IMG/VR virus record: IMGVR_UViG_3300047539_000078
Span: 1 to 64,000 of that record
DNA from: a virus
Lineage: Duplodnaviria; Caudoviricetes
Direction: 5' to 3' (one strand)
Length of the DNA stretch: 64,000 nucleotides
A model generated the notes under the pieces. The model had not been told where the DNA came from and did not search any database. It saw nothing but the letters and a program-made list of their open reading frames with translations. The stretch's first letter is position 1, and each line of letters begins with the position of its first letter. Below, piece by piece: positions 1 to 9,963 of the stretch. A program made the translations under genes and the position numbers.

Positions 1-26
1 AAGCAGTGGTATCAACGCAGAGTACT
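1..26 (+). other. Library amplification adapter (SMART IIA / PacBio ultra-low-input primer); not biological
   Basis: Sequence begins exactly AAGCAGTGGTATCAACGCAGAGTACT. Confidence 0.97.
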
Positions 27-35
27 TGAGGGGGT

Positions 36-980
36 TCATTTGAGAAGAAGGCGACGGTGATTCATATGGTACCACTCTATGGTCTTGTCTAGCCCATCAG
101 AGAACGTCGTGTGCGCTTCAAAGCCAAACTCCTGAAAAGCGCGTTTGGTGTTCAAGCAACGTTCCGGCTGTCCATCGGGCATCAAAGTATCAAACACAAT
201 CTCCCCGGTAAAGCCGACCTTTTTGGCGATGATCCCCACCAAATCGTGAATGGAAATCGTCCGCCCGTTACCGATGTTGATTGGTTCCGGACCATCGTAT
301 CTCTCCGTGGCCAATACGACGGCATCAGCGGCGTCCTCTACGTAAAGGAATTCCCGGAATGCCTTTCCGCTGCCCCAAACGGATACGCTTGGTTTCCCAA
401 CCGCATCCTCGAACTTGCGGATAAGCGCCGGAATCACATGTGAACTCTTTGGATCAAAGTTGTCGCGGGGTCCGTACAGATTGACCGGCAGCAGGTGGAT
501 GACGTTGAACCCGTATTGCTGGCGGTAGGCTTGACCCATAACCAGCAATGCCTTTTTCGCGATGCCGTATGGTGCGTTGGTCTCTTCGGGGTAGCCTTCC
601 CACAAGTTACTTTCGTGGAAGGGTATGGGGGTGAACTTCGGGTACTCGCATACGGTTCCAAGCTGCACGAACTTCTTGATCCCTTTCTCATGCGCCGCAT
701 CCATCAGGGTGGCACCCATCATGATGTTGTCGTAAAACAGCTCAGCTGGGCGTTCTTTGTTCAAGCCGATCCCGCCGCAATGTGCAGCACAATGGATTAT
801 GATGTCGGGGGTGAATTGATTAAGCAGCGAATATACGCGATCCTTGCGCCGCAAGTCAAACATCGAGTTGGATACGGAGACATCCAAGCAACCGTGCTTG
901 GTTAAAGCATCCACGATGTGGGTTCCGAAGAATCCCGTGCCGCCGGTCACCAAAATCCGTTGTGTCTTTAGATCAATCAT
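36..980 (-). CDS. fcl: GDP-L-fucose synthase (GDP-4-keto-6-deoxy-sugar epimerase/reductase); C-terminal part of ORF 36..1364
   Basis: ILVTGGTGFFG, HCAAHCGGIGLN, GTVCEYPK, YGIAKK, NLYGPRDNF, SSHVIPALIRKF, REFLYVED. Likely own ATG at 980 after GAAGGAAG. Confidence 0.92.
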   Translation of the reverse strand: MIDLKTQRILVTGGTGFFGTHIVDALTKHGCLDVSVSNSMFDLRRKDRVYSLLNQFTPDIIIHCAAHCGGIGLNKERPAELFYDNIMMGATLMDAAHEKGIKKFVQLGTVCEYPKFTPIPFHESNLWEGYPEETNAPYGIAKKALLVMGQAYRQQYGFNVIHLLPVNLYGPRDNFDPKSSHVIPALIRKFEDAVGKPSVSVWGSGKAFREFLYVEDAADAVVLATERYDGPEPINIGNGRTISIHDLVGIIAKKVGFTGEIVFDTLMPDGQPERCLNTKRAFQEFGFEAHTTFSDGLDKTIEWYHMNHRRLLLK

Positions 981-1364
981 GGTTTCACTTCCTTCGTGGT
1001 ACATCCATACTACTTCACCCGTGTCTCGTATAACCTGAACAGCTCTGTCATCCCACAACTGAAGGATATTGTGATCTTTCTCGCACGTAGCTTCCAACCG
1101 CTTTCCAATGTGCTCCTCGGTCCAGTCCGCGATGCGCTTTCGGACGGCATCCAATTGCTCCGCACTAGTTATAGAACCGTCCTTATTCTTAGGACTCACG
1201 CGAGCCGTGAAGATGCGAACTTCAATTCCTGCTTCAAGCCATGCCTTCACTCTATTGACCATTTTTGGAATAGGTGCACCCATTGGACCGTCAAACACCT
1301 TGGCTCCGCTCATCGCCAATGTTCCATCAAAATCTACGCCCATCCATCTGCCGGTCATTACCAA
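981..1364 (-). CDS. HAD-superfamily phosphatase domain of a common phage type, in frame with fcl
   Basis: GVDFDGTLA (motif I), IFTARV (II), K and WDDRAV (III/IV). Confidence 0.75.
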
Positions 1365-2314
1365 ACCTCAGACTTATTCAGGTCGGCATCAACCATCAAC
1401 CGCACCAAATCACGGAATTTCACCTTAGGCTCCCACCCTAAAACGCGCTTTGCCTTGGACGCATCACCGAGAAGCAAGTCAACCTCTGCCGGACGGATAT
1501 ACCGTGGATCGATGACGACATAAGGCTCCCAGTCCATGTGAAGATAAGAGGCAGCCGCGTCCAAGAACTCCCGTACGGTGTGCGTCTCGCCCGTGGCAAT
1601 AACGAAATCGTCCGCGTAGGTGGGCTGCATCATCAGCCACATAGCTTCCACGTATTCCTTGGCATACCCCCAATCACGGCGGGCATCCAAGTTCCCTAGG
1701 AACAGCTTATCTTGCTTCCCTTCCTTGATAGCTATCAGACCCTTGATGATCTTGCGCGTCACGAAAGTCTCCCCGCGACGCGGTGATTCGTGGTTGAAGA
1801 GGATACCGTTGCAGGCGAACATATCATAGCTTTCACGGTAGTTCACCGTCGTCCAGAAGGCGAATTGCTTTGCAATGCCGTATGGGCTCCGAGGGTAGAA
1901 CGGCGTCGTCTCGCTTTGGGGTGTCTCCAATACCTTTCCGTAAAGTTCGCTGGAACTCGCCTGATAGAACTTCGGGCGTCCGCAATCCTTGATGGCTTCC
2001 AGGAGCCGCAGGGTCCCCATCGCATCTGTGTCCGCCGTGTACTCGGGAATGTCAAAGCTCACCCGAACATGGCTCTGGGCTCCGAGATTGTAGACTTCCT
2101 CGGGCTCGACGGTGCGAAGCAACTTGCACAGGGAGGAGGAGTCCGTCAGGTCGCCGTAGTGGAGGTGGAGGTCGTCGAAGATATGGTCGATGCGGCCCGT
2201 GTTGAAGCTGCTGGAGCGGCGGATGATGCCGTGAACCTCGTAGCCCTTCGCCAGCAGGAGTTCGGCTAGGTAGGAGCCGTCTTGACCAGTTATCCCCGTG
2301 ATGAGTGCTTTCAT
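1358..2314 (-). CDS. gmd: GDP-mannose 4,6-dehydratase
   Basis: [71 protein letters not shown]. Confidence 0.96.
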   Translation of the reverse strand: MKALITGITGQDGSYLAELLLAKGYEVHGIIRRSSSFNTGRIDHIFDDLHLHYGDLTDSSSLCKLLRTVEPEEVYNLGAQSHVRVSFDIPEYTADTDAMGTLRLLEAIKDCGRPKFYQASSSELYGKVLETPQSETTPFYPRSPYGIAKQFAFWTTVNYRESYDMFACNGILFNHESPRRGETFVTRKIIKGLIAIKEGKQDKLFLGNLDARRDWGYAKEYVEAMWLMMQPTYADDFVIATGETHTVREFLDAAASYLHMDWEPYVVIDPRYIRPAEVDLLLGDASKAKRVLGWEPKVKFRDLVRLMVDADLNKSEVW

Positions 2315-3324
2315 AGCGTGACCCAAGCGTTCGTCTTTGAACTTTCGCAGGCGGCCTCGACAAGGCGCTGTGCCTGCAACCCATCGAATGAGTTACCGTT
2401 GGGTTGGCGATTTTCCGCGATAGCATTGCGGAATTCTGCCCACTCCAAAGTCCAAGCATTCGCCGGATGTACAGCGCCGAACACGGCGACGCTCTCCTGC
2501 GGACGACCGTAATTTGGTTGACGCAAACCAATAGTGATTTGCTGCGACCCATAGTGTCCGTCCCGACCTTCAAGTCGCATAAAGCCGTCCCGTCCGTAAA
2601 TCTCCAACTCGAAGATATTCCGCCAGTTTGTCCAACTCACATGGATTTGAGCCGTCTGACCTGCGGCGGTTTGCAGGATGCAGAATCCGTTGTCCTCCGC
2701 ACCGCCGATGAAAGGCCAATAGAATTGATTGATTCGCGCCACAACGGACGTTGGTTCTCCCAAGAGATACCGCACGAGGTCGAAAATGTGAATGCCCTGC
2801 TCCAGCAGGACGCCTCCCCCGCTGAGGTCTGCGTTCGTGCACCAATCCTTTTCATAGTCAATCTTGCCGCCGTGCCCGAAGCGACAGCGCAGAAAATAGG
2901 GAGTCCCGATGGTGCCTTTTTCCAATTCACGCTTTGCATAGATCACATGATCCATGTGCCGGTAATTGAACCCGGTCTTCAGTATCATGCCGGGTGGTGT
3001 GTACGCACAAAGCTGCTCAATCTCACCAGAAGTCATGCCAAGTGGCTTCTCGCATAGGACATGCATCCCTGATTGAAGAGCCGCCTTGGTTATTTCACTG
3101 TGAAATTTCGTCGGCGTCGAGACCACTATGGCGTCGATGTCATTGCGTTGCAAAAGGGCGTTCCACGTCCCGTAAGGTACGACGCCCAAGCTGGATGCAA
3201 GACTCCGGGCGGCATTCAGGTTGGCATCAGCGACGGCCACAAGCTGCGATAGCGGATCGTTATTGATGACGTTGGCGCGGATGGAGCCGATTCCTCCGGC
3301 ACCGATGACGGCTACTCGAAGCAT
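2311..3324 (-). CDS. Gfo/Idh/MocA family oxidoreductase
   Basis: [33 protein letters not shown]. Confidence 0.9.
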   Translation of the reverse strand: MLRVAVIGAGGIGSIRANVINNDPLSQLVAVADANLNAARSLASSLGVVPYGTWNALLQRNDIDAIVVSTPTKFHSEITKAALQSGMHVLCEKPLGMTSGEIEQLCAYTPPGMILKTGFNYRHMDHVIYAKRELEKGTIGTPYFLRCRFGHGGKIDYEKDWCTNADLSGGGVLLEQGIHIFDLVRYLLGEPTSVVARINQFYWPFIGGAEDNGFCILQTAAGQTAQIHVSWTNWRNIFELEIYGRDGFMRLEGRDGHYGSQQITIGLRQPNYGRPQESVAVFGAVHPANAWTLEWAEFRNAIAENRQPNGNSFDGLQAQRLVEAACESSKTNAWVTL

Positions 3325-3980
3325 GGTGGGATTCTCCGCAAAGTTCCACCTTCTCCAGCCATGGTCTTCTCCACATCCAACTTGCCCCAGTTGTCATGAA
3401 CAGCGCTCAGCATGCGTCCCGTCAGACCTCGGGTATCCGTGGCCAGAAACAATGCCAGTTCCGCAGCGGGGTCCCCCGTGCCGGTGGCCTCGGGATTCAT
3501 CTTGCTGAAAACCGGCCCGGGTGCGATGGCGTTGATGAAAACCCGGTTGCCCATTTCAAGGGCGACGCTCTCGACAAAGCGCAGAAGCCCCGTCTTGGAT
3601 GAGGCGTAAGCGGTGTGTTCCGCACGCCCGTACGCGGCACCGCCGCCGGAAAAATGGATGATGCGTCCGCCAACCAGCATCTCGGGTATGACCGCCCGCG
3701 TGAGCAGATAGCTCCCGACGAGATTGGTGTTGATGGTCTCCCACCACTCCCGGACTGGTGTATATTGGATGGGTCCGACGGGTCCGAGAATCCCGGAACA
3801 ATTCACGAGCACGTCCACCGGACTGAATGCCTTCGCGAATCGTTCAACCTCCAGCCAGTCGCGGACATCCACCCGCTCTTCAAGAATGGTGGCACCTTCC
3901 GCAAAGAACTTAGCTGCCACCACGCGACCGATGGCCCCCTTGGAGCCGACAACCCAGCAACGCTTCCCGGCTAGTTTCAT
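3312..3980 (-). CDS. SDR family oxidoreductase
   Basis: VVGSKGAIG, VLVNCSG, YASSK, INAIAPG; start taken at MKLAGK. Confidence 0.85.
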   Translation of the reverse strand: MKLAGKRCWVVGSKGAIGRVVAAKFFAEGATILEERVDVRDWLEVERFAKAFSPVDVLVNCSGILGPVGPIQYTPVREWWETINTNLVGSYLLTRAVIPEMLVGGRIIHFSGGGAAYGRAEHTAYASSKTGLLRFVESVALEMGNRVFINAIAPGPVFSKMNPEATGTGDPAAELALFLATDTRGLTGRMLSAVHDNWGKLDVEKTMAGEGGTLRRIPPCFE

Positions 3981-4684
3981 AGTTGGAACCCCGATTCCTG
4001 TGCGTCCCGGTAGAACATCTGTACGGTCTCCAAGCTGTAGTCGTTCAAATCCTTCCCCACGAGGGGCAGCTTCTTGAGGATGTCGCTCGTGGCCGTGATG
4101 ATGTGGCATCCAACGGCGTCCGCCTGGAACACGTTCAGGAGTTCACGGGGGGATGCCCAGATGAGTTCGACATTGGAAGGAAGTACGGCGGCGGCGACCT
4201 TCATAATCGGCACCGGGTCCACGCCGGTGTCGGCGATGCGACCGGCAAAGACAGAGACATAGGCGGCTTCTCCACCAGCCAGTACATTGCTGCACTCGTC
4301 AACCTGATTCAGCGTTGTAAGCGCGGTCACATTGACTTTGATTCCGCTGTGGGATAGCGCGTAGACAAGACCACGGGATTTTTCGCCCCGTGTGTTCGTG
4401 ACGGGAATCTTGACATACACGTTTTCGCCCCAAGACGCAATCTTACGTGCCTGACGCTCCATATCAAAAAACTCGTCGGCGAAGACCTCAAATGAGAACG
4501 GGCGGTCGGGGATGGCTTCCACGAGTTCCTTGGCGAAGGACTCGTAGTCCTTGATGCCCGCCTTCCGCATAAGCGTGGGGTTCGTAGTGAATCCCTTGAT
4601 GAATGGGTTCTTGTACAGGTCAAGGATGGTGGCCTTGTCGGCACCATCTGCGAAGAGCTTCACTTTCAAATCGGCTACTTGCAT
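3977..4684 (-). CDS. tal: Transaldolase (short TalC/FSA-like)
   Basis: LFADGAD, GFTTNPTL, VYVKIP (Schiff-base Lys), VNVT, YVSVFAGRIAD, WASPRE. Confidence 0.9.
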   Translation of the reverse strand: MQVADLKVKLFADGADKATILDLYKNPFIKGFTTNPTLMRKAGIKDYESFAKELVEAIPDRPFSFEVFADEFFDMERQARKIASWGENVYVKIPVTNTRGEKSRGLVYALSHSGIKVNVTALTTLNQVDECSNVLAGGEAAYVSVFAGRIADTGVDPVPIMKVAAAVLPSNVELIWASPRELLNVFQADAVGCHIITATSDILKKLPLVGKDLNDYSLETVQMFYRDAQESGFQL

Positions 4685-5295
4685 GTAGACTCCCATTTGG
4701 TCTGTGTTTGCTTGAGAAGCGGATGCGAGACTAGGAGATGCCATACTACGGCTTGAAAGGCCTCCGCGTGCGGCGTGATGCGGTCGGAATGAACGGTGGG
4801 GATCAGGACGCAGGCGTCCGCCTTCTGTGCGGTGTAGCCCCCGTCGCGGCCCACGATGCCTATGATGATGGCACCGATGCCCTTGGCCAAGTCTATGGCC
4901 TTGACCAGATTCGGGCTGACGTTCTTCTCCGCGTTCCCACCACCGACGGACAGGATCAACAGCGTGTCCTTGCTACTCAGCTTGCTTCCCTTCAGCCAGC
5001 CCTCGAACACTGTGGCCCAGCCCTCATCGTTGGTACGGGCCGTGAGTTCCGAAACGTTGTCGGTCGGGGCATAGGCTTCAATCCCCGCTATCTTGCGGAA
5101 GTCGTTCACGGCGTGGGATGCATTTGCCGCCGACCCACCGACGCCGAGTATGAACAGGCGTCCCCCGTCCTCGCGGGTGTCGGCGAGAAGCTGCGCCGCC
5201 CGCTCAATCTCATCGCAGTCGAGGACAGATGCGATACCCGCCACTTCGCACAGGAACTGCTTGGAAAAGCTGTGGTACGATTCGTCTTTCATCAT
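4675..5295 (-). CDS. SIS-domain sugar-phosphate isomerase (GmhA-like phosphoheptose isomerase)
   Basis: GVGGSAANASH, TARTND, SVGGG, EAFQAVVWH. Confidence 0.85.
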   Translation of the reverse strand: MMKDESYHSFSKQFLCEVAGIASVLDCDEIERAAQLLADTREDGGRLFILGVGGSAANASHAVNDFRKIAGIEAYAPTDNVSELTARTNDEGWATVFEGWLKGSKLSSKDTLLILSVGGGNAEKNVSPNLVKAIDLAKGIGAIIIGIVGRDGGYTAQKADACVLIPTVHSDRITPHAEAFQAVVWHLLVSHPLLKQTQTKWESTCK

Positions 5296-6269
5296 TGCAC
5301 CATAATAGTCGTCCCGCCAAAGTCAAAGCGGATGCGCAACTCACGCAGCCCAGCACTGTATAATACCCGTCTTAGACGGGCTTTGTCCTCGGTATAAAAC
5401 ATGAGGAAGCCCCCGCCACCGGCACCGACGAGCTTGCCGCCGAGCGCTCCGTTCTCCGTGGCCAATTTGTAAAGGTCATCGATGTGGCCGTTCGACATGC
5501 CTCCAGAGCGGGCACGCTTGTGCAGCCAGTGCTCGTGCATAATGGCAGCGAACTCCGGAAGGTTCCCGTTTTCCAACGCGGTGAGGCTTTGGATGCCTAA
5601 ACTCTTTGTAAAGTGTAGGTTATCAATCATGGCGGAATCGCTTTGCTTGCTCTTCACGTCCTGATCGGCCAGGATGCCGGATGCCGAACGGGCATAGCCC
5701 GTGAAGAAAAGGAGCAGGCCGTCCTCCAAGTTCGCCAATGTCTCTGGGGTGAGCTTCACGGGCGAGAACAAGACTTTTCCGTTCCGATCGAAGTCGAAGC
5801 GCGTGACCCCGCCGATGGCCGCGATGTACTGGTCCTGCTTGCCGCAATGCTGTTGAAGGATGTCATGCTCTATGTGAAAGGCTTCCTCGGCCAGTTCCTG
5901 GCGGGTGACGAACTGCTTCTGGTATGCGTGGAGCGCCCGGAGGATGGCGGTGGTGAAACTGCCGGACGAGCCGAGGCCCGTGCTGTGCGGGATGTCCGCC
6001 AAATTTGTGATGTCAATGTGGCCGGTCACGCCCGTAAGCCGCATGGCTTCCCGGATGACGGGGTGCTCCACCTGATCCACGGTGTCCACTTCCTCCAGCT
6101 TGGAGTATTTCAGGCTGATCTTCGGTCGAAAGGACTCGTTGACGGTCACGTAGACATACTTGTCTATGGCTGCGGATACGAGGAATCCGCCGTAGTCCTG
6201 GTAGTAGGACGGAAGGTCGGTTCCTCCCCCGCCGAGGGTGATCCGCAATGGTGATCTCACGATTATCAT
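5292..6269 (-). CDS. GHMP kinase, D-glycero-D-manno-heptose-7-phosphate kinase (HddA-like)
   Basis: RSPLRITLGGGGTD, GLGSSG, GKQDQY, GGKLVGAGGGGF. Confidence 0.88.
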   Translation of the reverse strand: MIIVRSPLRITLGGGGTDLPSYYQDYGGFLVSAAIDKYVYVTVNESFRPKISLKYSKLEEVDTVDQVEHPVIREAMRLTGVTGHIDITNLADIPHSTGLGSSGSFTTAILRALHAYQKQFVTRQELAEEAFHIEHDILQQHCGKQDQYIAAIGGVTRFDFDRNGKVLFSPVKLTPETLANLEDGLLLFFTGYARSASGILADQDVKSKQSDSAMIDNLHFTKSLGIQSLTALENGNLPEFAAIMHEHWLHKRARSGGMSNGHIDDLYKLATENGALGGKLVGAGGGGFLMFYTEDKARLRRVLYSAGLRELRIRFDFGGTTIMVQ

Positions 6270-7063
6270 GAAATAAGGCCAGCCGCCTTCGCCTTCGAGG
6301 TGTCCAGCGCCACATCCGTGATCTCCCCCGGTCGTACGGGTCTGTACTCCACGGGGACGCCCCGCTGCTTGCCGTAGTCCTCGGCGATATCCCCGATGGT
6401 TTTCGCCTCCCCCGTGCCGATGTTGAACGTCCCCGTGATGTCGGAATGGATGGCATGGATGATAGCCTTGCAAACCACGTCCACGGACACGAAGTCCCGG
6501 GTCTGCTTGCCGCCGTAGACGATGATGGGGTTGTCTTTGTGGAAGCAGGTCAGAGCCGATGCCTCGGCGCGGACGCTATCGTTGCCGCCGAAGACGTTGC
6601 CGAGGCGCAGGATGACGTGGTTCGGGCACATGCGGCGGATGATCTGCTCCCCTATGTACTTGGATTGGGCATACGGCGACACGCATCCGTTCCAGCTTGC
6701 CTCTTCCTCCTTTGCGGGCACCTTCCGTTCTCCGTATATCGCCCCGCCAGTGGATGTGAAGATCAGCTTGCCGACCTTGTTGTTCGTTAGAAATGGGATG
6801 AGTTTGAACCCGTTGTTGTCGAGGCATCCGTCCGGGTCGTCAAGCGAACGGATGATCGACGCCCATGCGGCCAAGTGGACGACAGCGTCGAACTCACAGC
6901 CGGACAAAGATGCGAAGTCCATTCCGTCCTGGACATCGCATTCGATCACGCTGTTGGGGTCATAGAAGTGCCCTAGAAGGTGCGTGCCGATGTAGCCTTT
7001 GCTTCCCGTTATCAAGATGCGTTCCGCTGCTTTGTCTCTGAGTTGCATTGCGTTCTCCTTCAA
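6266..7063 (-). CDS. NAD-dependent epimerase/dehydratase (extended SDR)
   Basis: ILITGSKGYIG, VVHLAA, STGGAIYG, YAQSK, RLGNVFG, RDFV. Confidence 0.88.
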   Translation of the reverse strand: MKENAMQLRDKAAERILITGSKGYIGTHLLGHFYDPNSVIECDVQDGMDFASLSGCEFDAVVHLAAWASIIRSLDDPDGCLDNNGFKLIPFLTNNKVGKLIFTSTGGAIYGERKVPAKEEEASWNGCVSPYAQSKYIGEQIIRRMCPNHVILRLGNVFGGNDSVRAEASALTCFHKDNPIIVYGGKQTRDFVSVDVVCKAIIHAIHSDITGTFNIGTGEAKTIGDIAEDYGKQRGVPVEYRPVRPGEITDVALDTSKAKAAGLIS

Positions 7064-7797
7064 AACCGTTCAGGTATATGATACCCGCCCGCGTGAAGAA
7101 TCAATACACCGTGCAGAAACTTAGTCTGCCACCCATTTGGTATGACGTGGGAATCGTGTGCCTTCACGTTGTCCAGCAGTACGAGAGAATCGGGTCGCAG
7201 GCGGGAAATGATGTCCAGTTCCGTAGCGGCGTGCGTGTCCAACCAGAGCAGCAACGGGCCGGACGTTAGGCTTATGACGGATTGGAGCATTTCACCGCCT
7301 GATCCGAGCATTTCACCGCCTGATCCGAGCAGGTGCACATTGGGCATCCCAGCAAAGCGTTCCGAGCATTTTCTGTAGAGCACCGGGGGCAGCTCAATGG
7401 ACCACACATCCGTGAAGCTATGCCGTACCGCTGATATGGTGTCGCCAGCTAGGGATAAATAGAAATTACTGAATGGGGTCTCTATGCCGGACTCCACAAA
7501 CGTACGCAGGTTGAAAAGTTTCCCAAGATGAATTAGCAGAGCACACTTCCAATGCGGATGCGGGGATTGCCAAAAGACCATCGTAGGGTTGTTCAGGTCC
7601 ACCCGGCCGATCTGTTCCCAATCGTCTTGATCTCTATTCTGTTGCTCTAGGAGTCGCTGCTCCGCCGTTCTGTATCTGAGTCGCTGATCCTCTTCGTCTC
7701 TGAGCCGTTGTTCCGCTTCTTTTCTGATCCGCTGCACCGCTTCGTCTTTGAGCCGTCGTTCATCCCAGTTCATCATTGACAGTCCCCGTCGTTGCAT
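7060..7797 (-). CDS. Degenerate paralog of 9394..9963 (methyltransferase-like) with charged N-terminal extension
   Basis: Shares DLNNP, HLG..F.L.T.VE.G, DVWSIEL, SGPLL.WLD.HAA, PNGW...F.HG.L.LHAGGY.IPE with 9394..9963. Confidence 0.6.
   Translation of the reverse strand: MQRRGLSMMNWDERRLKDEAVQRIRKEAEQRLRDEEDQRLRYRTAEQRLLEQQNRDQDDWEQIGRVDLNNPTMVFWQSPHPHWKCALLIHLGKLFNLRTFVESGIETPFSNFYLSLAGDTISAVRHSFTDVWSIELPPVLYRKCSERFAGMPNVHLLGSGGEMLGSGGEMLQSVISLTSGPLLLWLDTHAATELDIISRLRPDSLVLLDNVKAHDSHVIPNGWQTKFLHGVLILHAGGYHIPERF
7285..7331. repeat. Perfect 21-bp tandem duplication (encodes LGSGGEM twice)
   Basis: GAGCATTTCACCGCCTGATCC x2 followed by GAGCA. Confidence 0.95.
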
Positions 7798-8640
7798 CCG
7801 TACTCGTTCTGTATGCTCTCCTTCCAGTCCAAATATTGGTGAAAGATCGCATACGGGGTATCGGAACCGGGCGGATGCGCTCTGAGATGGCGATGCGGCG
7901 GTCTGACATCCGTGCGAACCGTGGAACCGTGATACAAATGATCGCAGAGAAATGCAAACCCGTCGTTTGGTCCCGTTACGAGGGTGCGCCCGATGAAGGG
8001 TTCCGAGCTTATCAGGTAGTTAAGTATCTCCTGATCGGACGGCCAGCCGTTGACGGATGGGGGCACTCCGCCGCAACCGGGCACTCGCGGGCACAGGTCG
8101 TATATCGCCTTCTGCAACTCCAGCATTGCTGAAGGTGTACCGGCGACCACGCCGCCGTTGCACACCGGGCGGTCCTTCATGCGGTCGTAGGCTTCCGACC
8201 CGAACACGGCGATGAGCCGTCTCTTGTTCTCTATGTTGGCGGGGGTATCCCCGCTGAACGAACCGCCTTCCGATGCGACGATCAGTTCGTTGTTGCCTAT
8301 GTGGTTTTCAATCCAGACCATGGGGTCGGACTGGAAGACGATGTCCCGCGTGTCGACCGTCAGCACATAGCGGGTGCCGCCGAGAGACTCCTCGATGATT
8401 TTGGCGGCGGCGGGGAAGCGGGCTTGGATCGGATGCTCGCTGAAACTTCCGAGATTGAAGATGTCGATGCCCCAAGATTTCATTTGATGGGAAGCTGGCT
8501 CCATCACCGTTGCCGACGATCAGAAAACAACGCCCTTCGTACCCAGCTCCCTTCGGCGGCGCTGCACGCAGGGAAACCACGAACGGCTTGAGATCGCGCC
8601 AGTTGTAGCCAGCGGCCATGCCTATGATTATGTCTGTCAT
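7773..8640 (-). CDS. Putative GT-A glycosyltransferase-like protein, frameshift near 8490
   Basis: N-terminus MTDIIIGMAAGYNWRDLKPFVVSLR (ORF 8308..8817) joins ORF 7773..8507 with VDTRDIVFQSDP, CNGGVVAG, DQ..LN, HQY. Confidence 0.6.
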
Positions 8641-8653
8641 CTGTAACCGTCCC

Positions 8654-9256
8654 TTAATCGAGTTGCAACACGATGAGTTGGTCGTCCACTTGGAATTCAT
8701 AGCACTCATTTTCAGGCCACCACGGCGATTGAAGGTGCTTAGACTTCGTGAAATCCACCCAATAGTACGGGTATGGTAGTTTGGCGAGGGAGATGTGAGG
8801 CTTTTGAACATCTTCAATGATGTACACCCCTCCGGGGCGTAGCAGGGGCACGAACAGCTCAGCCGTCAGGATTTGATCTTCCGGCAAGTGCGAGCCATCA
8901 TCGAGGATTATATCAAATCCTCCCCCAAGCTGCGGTATGACGCTTTTCAGTGATGCCTCGTCGCTCTGATCGCAGACAAAAGACCGGATGCGCCCTTCGT
9001 TGACCATGCTTTCCGGCCGTATATCCAATCCAAATATCTGAGCTTCGGGGAAGTACTCTTGCCACATGAACAGGCTAGCGCCGACGATGTAATCCTTGAC
9101 GTGGTTCATGTTGGGCACCGAGCCAATCCCGATTTCAAGGACTTTCTTGATGTCCCGCCCTTGGAAAAGCTGATGGTAAAACGGGGTGTAGTTGTGCCGA
9201 ATGGACGGCACCTTGTCCGTATGCCATTTCTCCGCTATCTCGCAAAGTCTGGTCAT
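8654..9256 (-). CDS. Class I SAM-dependent (sugar O-)methyltransferase
   Basis: VLEIGI, IFGLDI, CDQSD, FDIILDDGSH, PGGVYIIED. Confidence 0.85.
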   Translation of the reverse strand: MTRLCEIAEKWHTDKVPSIRHNYTPFYHQLFQGRDIKKVLEIGIGSVPNMNHVKDYIVGASLFMWQEYFPEAQIFGLDIRPESMVNEGRIRSFVCDQSDEASLKSVIPQLGGGFDIILDDGSHLPEDQILTAELFVPLLRPGGVYIIEDVQKPHISLAKLPYPYYWVDFTKSKHLQSPWWPENECYEFQVDDQLIVLQLD

Positions 9257-9393
9257 CGTCCTGGATTCTCTTCAGCCTTCAGGATCATCCAGTTGCCGCC
9301 GACTTGGCCATTGCGGGCGTAAAACTGCTTCCACAGGAATTTCCAACCGAGGATGTTCAGCGCATCAACCATTGAATATGGGTCCATTGCTCA

Positions 9394-9963
9394 TCAAAAT
9401 ACCTCCGGTATATCGTATCCACCAGCATGCAATACAAGCATGCCGTGCATAAAGCGGGACTTCCATCCGTTCGGTGCCGAGATCAACGCATCCGGGGCAT
9501 GGTATACCCCGGGGATGCCCGGCTTGGTATCATCTATCAAGACAAGGGAGTCGGGGCGCATGCGCAGTATCGTGTCAATCTCAGCGGCGGTTTGGTCGCC
9601 ATCCCCCGGCTGACCGCCAGCCGCATGTGCGTCCAACCAAAACAACAAGGGACCGGATGTTTGGCTTATGACGGATGGGAGTATTTCGCCGCTGGAGCCG
9701 AGAAACAAGTGAACGTTAGGTGTGTTGGCGAAGCGGTTCTTGGCGGATTCATGGAAGTAAGAAGACAACTCTATGGACCATACGTCCGCAAAGCTTCCGC
9801 AAACGGCTGCCACGGTGTCACCCCAGCAGGTGCCCGTCTCCACAAGCGTGTGCAACTGGAACATGTTTCCCAGATGCACGATCATGGCGCGTTTCCAGTC
9901 CGCCGCCGGATCGAAGGGACCAACCATCGGTGGATTGTTCAAGTCCATTATATTCTCACCCAT
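9394..9963 (-). CDS. Methyltransferase-like protein
   Basis: LVETGTCWGDT, WSIEL, GSSGEIL, FWLDAH, LIDD: Rossmann methyltransferase-like pattern. Confidence 0.65.
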   Translation of the reverse strand: MGENIMDLNNPPMVGPFDPAADWKRAMIVHLGNMFQLHTLVETGTCWGDTVAAVCGSFADVWSIELSSYFHESAKNRFANTPNVHLFLGSSGEILPSVISQTSGPLLFWLDAHAAGGQPGDGDQTAAEIDTILRMRPDSLVLIDDTKPGIPGVYHAPDALISAPNGWKSRFMHGMLVLHAGGYDIPEVF

